DNA of 64,000 nt from a candidate division WOR-3 bacterium UBA5631 (GTDB lineage: Bacteria > Hydrothermota > Hydrothermia > UBA1063): the NCBI GenBank assembly GCA_002421425.1, contig DIJZ01000011.1, positions 2,307-66,306 on the forward strand. The letters run 5' to 3'. The position numbers and the translations under genes are program-made. This document shows, one piece after another, positions 18,436 through 25,545 of this stretch. Every line of letters starts with the position of its first letter. The first letter of the stretch is position 1. The notes beneath the pieces are model-generated. The model was not told where the DNA came from. It made no database searches and saw only the letters and a list, made by a program, of their open reading frames with translations.

Positions 18436-18828
18436 ATGAAAATAAAGGAAATAGCGGAAAAAATAGAAGGCAAGGTCATTACAGGCGAAGACAGGTTAGA
18501 TGAGGTAGTTGAGAAAGGTTTCGCTGCCGATCTTCTTTCCGACGTTCTTGCGCTTACTGAAGAGAGTTCCTGTCTCATTACGGGAATAACAGGTCCTCAG
18601 GTGATCAGGGTTGCTGAAGTCCTTAATATTCCGCTGATCATAATTGCTCGAGGTAAACAACCGTCAAAAGCACTCGTGGAATCCGCACGAGCGGCAGGTA
18701 TTCCGGTAATTCTTACAAATAAAACCGTTTTTGAGACTTGCGGAATTCTTTATTCTAATGGTATGAAACCATGCAAAATAAAGATATTCCATGGCGTTGC
18801 TGATGAGTCTTCCTCTTTCGTGGACTGA
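18436..18828 (+). CDS. DRTGG domain protein (hydrogenase-cluster associated)
   Basis: 130 aa. ...FAADLLSDVLALTEESSCLITGITGPQVIRVAEVLNIPLIIIARGKQP... is the typical DRTGG-type fold sequence seen upstream of multimeric [FeFe]-hydrogenase genes. Confidence 0.7.
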   Translation: MKIKEIAEKIEGKVITGEDRLDEVVEKGFAADLLSDVLALTEESSCLITGITGPQVIRVAEVLNIPLIIIARGKQPSKALVESARAAGIPVILTNKTVFETCGILYSNGMKPCKIKIFHGVADESSSFVD

Positions 18829-18833
18829 TACCG

Positions 18834-19280
18834 ATGTGGGAAGAGAAGTTCAGACTGGTTTACAGGGTAAAACCCATGGATCTGGCAAGTGCAGGCTCTG
18901 CATCATCCCAGATCAAGGTTGAACTCCAAAGAAACGGAATTGAGGAAGATGTGGTCAGGAAGGTTGGCATCATTTGCTTTGAGGCTGAAATGAATATGAT
19001 TCTGTACTCGACAGGTGGTAAATTGAAGGTTGAAGTCTGGCCGGACAGGATTGAGATTTTGGCGGAGGATGACGGCCCAGGAATTGAGGACCTTCAAAAG
19101 GCGATGGAGCCTGGCTATTCCACCGCACCCCCATGGGCACAGGATTACGGTTTTGGAGCCGGCATGGGGTTCCCAAATATGAAACAGAATTCTGATGTTT
19201 TTGATGTAGAAACTAAACCGGGTGAAGGGACAAGAATCCACTCGGTGGTTTACAGGAGTAAAGATAATGAAACTCCATAA
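18834..19280 (+). CDS. SpoIIAB-like anti-sigma-factor-type Ser/Thr kinase / HATPase_c protein
   Basis: 148 aa. FEAEMNMILYS (N-box-like), EDDGPGIED (G1) and GFGAGMGFPNM (G2). Confidence 0.7.
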   Translation: MWEEKFRLVYRVKPMDLASAGSASSQIKVELQRNGIEEDVVRKVGIICFEAEMNMILYSTGGKLKVEVWPDRIEILAEDDGPGIEDLQKAMEPGYSTAPPWAQDYGFGAGMGFPNMKQNSDVFDVETKPGEGTRIHSVVYRSKDNETP

Positions 19281-19620
19281 TATTGTTGAAGCAATAGGTC
19301 TGAAAGTTTTTAACCCTGGCGTTCCGAATTACGGAAATATTGAAATTAGCGGAGGTTATGCTTCTGATCTGCTATCTGACGTAATTGCAGGACTATCCAA
19401 GGGTGATATTTGGATCACCATTCAGAGGCATCTGAATATCATTGCTGTTGCAAAACTGAAAGATGCTGGTGCCATTCTGATTGCAAAGGGTCTTGAACCT
19501 GATAAAAATGTCATTGAAAAGGCTACTGAAGAGGGGGTCATACTTCTCGGAACAAATCTAACAACCTTTGAGGCTGCTGGTAAACTTTACAACCTTTTGA
19601 AATACGGTGAAGTTAGATAA
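19267..19620 (+). CDS. DRTGG domain protein (second copy)
   Basis: The ATG at 19267 (MKLHNIVEAIGLKVF...) overlaps the preceding stop. ...YASDLLSDVIAGLSKGDIWITIQRHLNIIAVAKLKDAGAILIAKGLEP is paralogous to 18436..18828. Confidence 0.7.
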   Translation: MKLHNIVEAIGLKVFNPGVPNYGNIEISGGYASDLLSDVIAGLSKGDIWITIQRHLNIIAVAKLKDAGAILIAKGLEPDKNVIEKATEEGVILLGTNLTTFEAAGKLYNLLKYGEVR

Positions 19621-19624
19621 GTTC

Positions 19625-20371
19625 ATGGCGGATTTGCACATTCATTCAACTTTATCCCCGTGTGGGAGCCTGGAGATGTCGCCTCGAAAAATTGTGCAAA
19701 AAGCCCTCGAAAAAGGGTTGAATCTTATTGCCATCACTGACCATAATTCATATCAGAACACTTACTATGCTGCAAAGATTGCTGCAGATTATGGAGTAAA
19801 ATTTCTTTTTGGAATCGAAGTCCAGACAGCAGAAGAAGTTCACTTGCTCGGTTTATTTGATTCTTATGAAGACGTAATGAGCTTTGGGAAAATCATTTAT
19901 AATAACCTCCCGAATGTGCCGAACAATCCAGACTACTTTGGTGATCAGGTAGTGGTAAATGAGGAAGACGAGATTGTTCAAATAGAGCCCAGATTACTCT
20001 TGAATTCCGCGACTCTCAGCTTAAGTGAAGTAGTTAATTTGATAAGTATGCACCATGGATTAAGCATACTTTCTCATGTTAATGCGAATCAGTTCAGCGT
20101 GATTTCACAGCTTGGCTTTATTCCAGAGGATTTGGCCTTTGATGCCATTGAGGTTACCTGCGACAGTGAACAGGAAACAGTATCCGGAATAGAAGGTATA
20201 CAGAAACATCCAGTTGTCACTTTTTCCGATTCTCATTATCCATCGGAGATAGGAAGAGGTTACACTGTGTTTTTTGTTGAAGAACCTACTGTTTCTGAGA
20301 TTAAGAAGGCCCTCAAAGGAGAAGAAGGCCGTTATTACGAAGTTTTTGGAGAAAAAGGGAGGATAGTATGA
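19625..20371 (+). CDS. PHP (polymerase/histidinol-phosphatase) domain phosphoesterase
   Basis: MADLHIHSTLSPCG...LIAITDHNS...LSHVNA...FSDSH carries the metal-binding His/Asp motifs of the PHP family. Confidence 0.75.
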   Translation: MADLHIHSTLSPCGSLEMSPRKIVQKALEKGLNLIAITDHNSYQNTYYAAKIAADYGVKFLFGIEVQTAEEVHLLGLFDSYEDVMSFGKIIYNNLPNVPNNPDYFGDQVVVNEEDEIVQIEPRLLLNSATLSLSEVVNLISMHHGLSILSHVNANQFSVISQLGFIPEDLAFDAIEVTCDSEQETVSGIEGIQKHPVVTFSDSHYPSEIGRGYTVFFVEEPTVSEIKKALKGEEGRYYEVFGEKGRIV

Positions 20372-20883
20372 AACTTCATATTCCAGTTGAAAATCCGCAA
20401 TATCAGATGCTCAAAAGAGATATTGCAAGATACAGGAGAAAACCTGGTCCCCTAATTCAGGTGCTTCACAGGGCTCAGGAAATTTTTGGCTACCTTCCGC
20501 CTGAGGTACAGTATTTTGTTGCCCAGGAACTGAATGTCCCTGTTTCCCAGGTTTATGGTGTGGTAACCTTTTACAACTTCTTCCGAACAGAACCTGTTGC
20601 AAAACACGTGATAAATGTGTGTATGGGTACCGCATGCCATGTTAAAGGAGCTGAGGGTATAGTTAAGGCTATCTCGGAAGAACTTGGAATCAAGGTTGGG
20701 GAAACTACAAAGGACAAGTTCTTCACTCTTTCAACTGCTCGTTGCTTTGGAGCATGTGGACTTGCCCCTGTGATTATGATTAACGAAGATGTCTTTGGAA
20801 AGCTTACTCCGGAGAAAGTGAAGGACGTCATCAGAGAATATAGAGAAGAGAAGCAAAGAGAAGAAAGAGAGGGGAATAATTAG
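20368..20883 (+). CDS. nuoE: NuoE-like [2Fe-2S] subunit (HydC/HndA-type), copy 1
   Basis: Motifs CMGTACHVKG and ARCFGACGLAPV supply the four Cys of the thioredoxin-like [2Fe-2S] site. Its start forms an ATGA overlap with the PHP gene. Confidence 0.85.
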   Translation: MKLHIPVENPQYQMLKRDIARYRRKPGPLIQVLHRAQEIFGYLPPEVQYFVAQELNVPVSQVYGVVTFYNFFRTEPVAKHVINVCMGTACHVKGAEGIVKAISEELGIKVGETTKDKFFTLSTARCFGACGLAPVIMINEDVFGKLTPEKVKDVIREYREEKQREEREGNN

Positions 20884-20884
20884 G

Positions 20885-21436
20885 GTGCTGGCAGAGCTCT
20901 CCATGCACATAATTGACATTGTTCAGAACTCGATCTCGGCAGGCGCACATTTGATTGCGGTTAATATTTTGGATGACAAAGAGAAAGATATTATCGTTAT
21001 CGAGGTAAAAGATGATGGAAGTGGTATGGACGCAGATCTAATTAAGAGAGTTCAGGACCCATTTTACACCACTAAATCTCACAAGAAGGTTGGACTCGGA
21101 ATCCCGCTCTTCAAGCAGACCGCCGAACATTGTGATGGCAGTTTTGAGATAACTAGTGAACCTGGGAAGGGAACTTCAATAAGGGCCACTTTTAAAAGGT
21201 CCCACGTTGATCTTCCCCCTATGGGGAATTTAAAGGATACCATCTTGACCTTAGTTGTTGGAGAGCCTTCGGTGGACTTTGTTTTTAATATTAGCTTTGA
21301 TGGAAACCATTTGTTTCTTGATACGAGAGAAATAAAAGAAGAACTTCAGGATGTGCCCATAAATCACCCTGAAGTAATAAAATTTTTAAGGGAATACCTT
21401 GAAGAAAACCTGAAAACAATGGAGGTTGCATCATGA
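20885..21436 (+). CDS. GHKL/histidine-kinase-like ATPase (stand-alone)
   Basis: 183 aa. ELSMHIIDIVQNSISA (N box), EVKDDGSGMD (G1) and KVGLGIPLFKQ (G2). No DHp/His phosphoacceptor domain. Confidence 0.7.
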   Translation: MLAELSMHIIDIVQNSISAGAHLIAVNILDDKEKDIIVIEVKDDGSGMDADLIKRVQDPFYTTKSHKKVGLGIPLFKQTAEHCDGSFEITSEPGKGTSIRATFKRSHVDLPPMGNLKDTILTLVVGEPSVDFVFNISFDGNHLFLDTREIKEELQDVPINHPEVIKFLREYLEENLKTMEVAS

Positions 21437-21798
21437 AGTTAGAAGATTTGAGGAAGATAAGAGAAAAGGCAGAGAGAGAGCTTAAGTTAAGGGAAGGAAA
21501 AGCAAGAGTAAAGATTGTAGTTGGGATGGGAACCAGTGGAATCGCTGCTGGAGCAAGAGAAGTATTGAAGGCATTTCTTGATGAAATTGAAAAGAGAAAT
21601 CTGCAGGATGTTATGGTTACTCAGAGTGGCGAGAAGGGTCTCTCGTCTCATGAACCTGTTGCGGAAGTCTGGGAAGAGGGCAAACCTGTTGTGGTGTATG
21701 GGAATCTTACTCCAGAGATTGCAAGAAAAGTTATCGCTGATCACATTGTGAATGGCAATCCTGTTACAGAGTATGTTATTGAGGTCAGGGAGGCCTAA
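21433..21798 (+). CDS. HndB/HydD-like thioredoxin-fold ferredoxin homologue lacking all cysteines
   Basis: 121 aa. VKIVVGMGTSGIAAGAREVL...VTQSGEKGLSSHEPVAEV...GNLTPE...HIVNGNPV matches the HndB-type (2Fe-2S) ferredoxin pattern, but the protein contains no Cys at all. Confidence 0.7.
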   Translation: MKLEDLRKIREKAERELKLREGKARVKIVVGMGTSGIAAGAREVLKAFLDEIEKRNLQDVMVTQSGEKGLSSHEPVAEVWEEGKPVVVYGNLTPEIARKVIADHIVNGNPVTEYVIEVREA

Positions 21799-23463
21799 AT
21801 GCCAAAGCGTTTGGATATTCTTGTTTGTTCTGGAGCAGCCTGTATTTCCAATGATAGTACAACAATTAAAAATAAACTACAGGCGGTTCTGAAAGAAAAT
21901 AATCTTGAGGAAGAAGTGGCCATCGTGGAGACCGGATGTATGGGACCGTGCGAACTTGGTCCCGTTATGCTGGTTTATCCTGATGGCGTTTTCTACATAA
22001 GGCTTAAGGAAAAGGATATTGAAGAGATCGTAAAAGAGCACGTAATTAAGGGGCGTCCAGTTAAAAGACTCCAGTGGACTACTCCGGAAGCCAGAAAGAT
22101 AGTTGAGGAAAGGAAACAAATCCCCTTCTTCGAAAAGCAGATGAAAATTGTTCTCTCCAACTGCGGAAAGATTGATCCTGAAAATATTGAAGAGTATATA
22201 GCTGTTGGAGGTTATGAAGCTCTTGCAAAAGTATTAACAACAATGACCCCGGAGCAAGTGATTGAAGAAATGATTAACTCTGGTCTGAGGGGTAGGGGCG
22301 GCGCTGGATTTCCTACAGGCTTAAAATGGAAAGCCACAAGAGATGCGGATGGAGATGAGAAGTACATCGTTTGCAATGGTGATGAGGGGGACCCTGGTGC
22401 CTTCATGGATCGGGCAATTCTTGAAGGTGATCCCCATACCGTAATAGAGGGAATGGCTATTGCTGCTTATGCAGTTGGAGCAAAACAGGGATATGTCTAC
22501 GTAAGAGCCGAGTACCCTCTCGCCGTTAAGAGACTTGATAAGGCAATTCAGCAGGCTCGGAAATATGGTGTCCTTGGAAAAAACATCTTTGAAACTGGTT
22601 TTGATTTCGATATAGACATTAGAATAGGTGCAGGTGCTTTCGTATGCGGAGAGGAGACAGCACTTATCGCTTCTATTGAAGGAAAGCGGGGCCAGCCAAG
22701 ACCAAAACCGCCTTTCCCCGCGCAAAAAGGTCTATGGGGTAAACCCACCGTAATAAATAATGTTGAGACCTTTGCCAACGTAAGGCACATCATTTTGAAC
22801 GGCTCAAAGTGGTTTGCCAGCATAGGGACGGAGAAGAGTAAGGGAACAAAGGTCTTTGCACTTTCAGGAAAGGTTGAGAACACCGGGCTAGTGGAAGTCC
22901 CCATGGGGATATCCATAAAGGACCTTGTGTTTGAAATTGGTGGTGGAATTCCTGGTGGGAAAGAGTTTAAAGCTGTTCAGGTGGGAGGTCCATCAGGTGG
23001 CTGTGTGCCTGCCGAATATATGGATACTCCAATTGACTACGAGTCCCTGAAAAAACTTGGAACAATAATGGGTTCTGGCGGTGTGATCGTCCTTGATGAA
23101 GACACCTGTATGGTTAATCTCGCGAAGTTCTTCCTCGATTTTACTCAGGAGGAATCCTGTGGTCAATGCGTACCCTGCAGGATTGGACTCAAGCATCTCT
23201 TCGATATTCTCGACCGAATTACAAAGGGTCAAGGAAGAATGGAAGATCTTGAGACCCTCGAAAAGCTTGGGGAAGAGATCAGAAGGACGTCTCTCTGCGG
23301 TCTTGGGCAGTCGGCCCCAAATCCTGTTCTTTCGACTTTAAGGTATTTTAAAGATGAATATATCGAGCACATTAAGGATAAGAAATGCAGGGCGGGGGTC
23401 TGCCAGTTTGAAACTGTGAAAGAGAAAGAAACCATTGAAGAGAAGTTAAAAGGAATTATTTAA
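21799..23463 (+). CDS. nuoF: NuoF-like FMN/NAD(P)H-binding subunit (HydB/HndC-type), copy 1, with an N-terminal [2Fe-2S] thioredoxin-like domain
   Basis: The N-domain has CSGAAC...GCMGPC. Further motifs are GRGGAGFPTG (FMN), ESCGQCVPCR...SLCGLGQ (N3-type 4Fe-4S), and a SLBB region. The protein ends soon after KKCRAGVCQFE, with no C-terminal 2x[4Fe-4S] domain. Confidence 0.9.
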   Translation: MPKRLDILVCSGAACISNDSTTIKNKLQAVLKENNLEEEVAIVETGCMGPCELGPVMLVYPDGVFYIRLKEKDIEEIVKEHVIKGRPVKRLQWTTPEARKIVEERKQIPFFEKQMKIVLSNCGKIDPENIEEYIAVGGYEALAKVLTTMTPEQVIEEMINSGLRGRGGAGFPTGLKWKATRDADGDEKYIVCNGDEGDPGAFMDRAILEGDPHTVIEGMAIAAYAVGAKQGYVYVRAEYPLAVKRLDKAIQQARKYGVLGKNIFETGFDFDIDIRIGAGAFVCGEETALIASIEGKRGQPRPKPPFPAQKGLWGKPTVINNVETFANVRHIILNGSKWFASIGTEKSKGTKVFALSGKVENTGLVEVPMGISIKDLVFEIGGGIPGGKEFKAVQVGGPSGGCVPAEYMDTPIDYESLKKLGTIMGSGGVIVLDEDTCMVNLAKFFLDFTQEESCGQCVPCRIGLKHLFDILDRITKGQGRMEDLETLEKLGEEIRRTSLCGLGQSAPNPVLSTLRYFKDEYIEHIKDKKCRAGVCQFETVKEKETIEEKLKGII

Positions 23464-23473
23464 TGGGGGTGCT

Positions 23474-23935
23474 ATGACCAGAGAAGAGGTTCTAAATAAA
23501 TATGGTAAGTCGAAGGATAACCTCCTCTATATTCTACACGATATTCAGGATAGCAATCCAAGGCATTACCTTACCGAAGAGGACTTGAAAGAGGTAGCAA
23601 AGTGGCTCGAGTTACCATACAGCTATGTCCATGGCGTTGCGACATTCTACTCGATGTTCAGTTTGAAACCACGTGGAAAGTACATTATTAGAGTGTGTGA
23701 ATCTCCGACGTGCCATCTTATGGGGGCAAGTAATATCATTATCGAGCTTGTAAAGTCACTGGGAGTCGGGATTGGTGAAACCACAAAGGATGAGATATTT
23801 ACGCTGGAGTTGACTTCTTGCATTGGTGTCTGTGGTGTTGCCCCTGCAATGATGATCAACAGTGAGGTTTATGGAAACTTAACGTCCGAGAAGATTGCTC
23901 AGATAATTGATGAAAAGAGGAGGGAGTCGAAATGA
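23474..23935 (+). CDS. nuoE: NuoE-like [2Fe-2S] subunit, copy 2
   Basis: Motifs VCESPTCHLMG and TSCIGVCGVAPAM supply four Cys. Confidence 0.85.
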   Translation: MTREEVLNKYGKSKDNLLYILHDIQDSNPRHYLTEEDLKEVAKWLELPYSYVHGVATFYSMFSLKPRGKYIIRVCESPTCHLMGASNIIIELVKSLGVGIGETTKDEIFTLELTSCIGVCGVAPAMMINSEVYGNLTSEKIAQIIDEKRRESK

Positions 23936-25539
23936 CAGTGCCAAGGATGCACGTTTTGTTACCTTTTGATCCTGATACGCTTCTTTCGGGGGTTAAGGAG
24001 TTTGAAAAGGCTCTCCTTGACGAGCTGAAGAAGAATAACCTTGAAGAAGAAATCAAAGTGCTGGAGACTGGTTCCATTGGCGTTACGGGGCGGGGTATCC
24101 TTATGGTAGTGTATCCAGAGGGCGTATATTATGCGAATCTAAAAATTGCCGATATTCCTCGACTGGTGGGGGAACACTTCGTAAAGGGCAGACCCGTTAA
24201 GGATTTGCTTCTTGGGGAGGTACCTGCACGCTTCGTAAAAAGGGAGAAGGTGGGGCTTGTAAGAGAGCAGAAGAGGGTAGTCCTTGAGAATGCTGGAATG
24301 ATTGACCCTGAAAATATTGACGAATATATTGCGGTTGGCGGGTACGAGGCTCTCGAAAAGGTTTTATCATCTATGACGCCTGAAGAGGTTATTGAAGAGG
24401 TAAAGAAGTCGGGTCTTAGAGGTCGCGGTGGTGCAGGATTCCCTACAGGACTAAAATGGGAATTTACTCGTAAAGCAGAGGGGACTGAAAAGTACATTAT
24501 CTGCAATGCTGACGAAGGGGAACCCGGGACGTTCAAAGATAGACTTATAATGGAAGGTGATCCTCACAAGCTTCTGGAAGGTATGATAATTGCTGGTTAT
24601 GCTATAGGCGCCCAGAAGGGGTATATTTATGTAAGGGGTGAGTACGAGCTATCAATTAGAAGGATGCAAAAGGCCATCGATGATGCCTACAAATACAACA
24701 TACTTGGTAAAAACGTTCTTGGAACAAACTTCACCTTTGATATGGAGATTAAAAAGGGTGCAGGGGCTTATGTGTGTGGTGAGGAGACTGCTCTTATCGA
24801 GTCTCTCGAAGGAAAGAGGGGGCAGCCAAGGAACAAGCCTCCCTATCCCGTTACCCACGGTCTCTGGATGAAACCGACATCGGTTAATAATGTTGAAACC
24901 CTTGCAAATGTCCCTTCAATTATTAAGAATAGTGCAGATTGGTACAGGAGCATCGGCACTGAAAAATGCCCGGGTACAAAAGTTTTCACAATTCTTGGAC
25001 ATGTTGTTTACCCCGGTTTGATTGAAGTGGAGATGGGAACTACTTTGCGGGATATTATATTTAACTACGGCGGTGGGATAAAGGATGGAAAGAAGTTTAA
25101 GGGTGCTTTAGTTGGTGGAGCTGCTGGAGTTTTCCTTCCAGAAAAATTCCTCGATGTAAAGATGGATTTTGACAGCCTTAAAGAGTATAAGGCGGTACTT
25201 GGATCTGGTGCAATCCTTGTAATGAATGAAGACACTTGCATGGTGGATATGTTGTTCTCAATTATTAGATTCTTCAAACACGAATCCTGTGGTCAATGCA
25301 GCCCCTGTCGAATTGGCACCTATGAACTTTATTCATTGATAAACAAAGTAAGGGCCGGAGAGGCGAAGGAAAGTGATCTTGAAACCATGATAAACCTCTC
25401 CGAAATAATGTTCAAATCTTCCTTCTGTCCACTTGGACAGTCATTAGTAATGCCTGTAAAAAGCGCAATTGAAAACTTCAGGGAAGAATTTGTTGCGCAC
25501 CTTGACAAAAACTACCAATGTGAAAAATGCAGGAGGTAA
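23932..25539 (+). CDS. nuoF: NuoF-like FMN/NAD(P)H-binding subunit, copy 2, with a Cys-less N-terminal domain
   Basis: Motifs GRGGAGFPTG and ESCGQCSPCR...SFCPLGQ. The N-terminal ~85 aa align with copy 1, but every cluster Cys is replaced (LLPFDPDTL, ETGSIGVTGRG). No C-terminal ferredoxin domain. Confidence 0.9.
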   Translation: MTVPRMHVLLPFDPDTLLSGVKEFEKALLDELKKNNLEEEIKVLETGSIGVTGRGILMVVYPEGVYYANLKIADIPRLVGEHFVKGRPVKDLLLGEVPARFVKREKVGLVREQKRVVLENAGMIDPENIDEYIAVGGYEALEKVLSSMTPEEVIEEVKKSGLRGRGGAGFPTGLKWEFTRKAEGTEKYIICNADEGEPGTFKDRLIMEGDPHKLLEGMIIAGYAIGAQKGYIYVRGEYELSIRRMQKAIDDAYKYNILGKNVLGTNFTFDMEIKKGAGAYVCGEETALIESLEGKRGQPRNKPPYPVTHGLWMKPTSVNNVETLANVPSIIKNSADWYRSIGTEKCPGTKVFTILGHVVYPGLIEVEMGTTLRDIIFNYGGGIKDGKKFKGALVGGAAGVFLPEKFLDVKMDFDSLKEYKAVLGSGAILVMNEDTCMVDMLFSIIRFFKHESCGQCSPCRIGTYELYSLINKVRAGEAKESDLETMINLSEIMFKSSFCPLGQSLVMPVKSAIENFREEFVAHLDKNYQCEKCRR

Positions 25540-25545
25540 CCTTTT

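Noticed and set aside
23140-25330. Near-identical DNA stretches (such as GAATCCTGTGGTCAATGC at about 23151 and 25284) as a possible dispersed repeat or mobile element
   Set aside because: They fall in the conserved ESCGQC cluster-binding codons of the two nuoF paralogues, so this is paralogy and not a repeat element.
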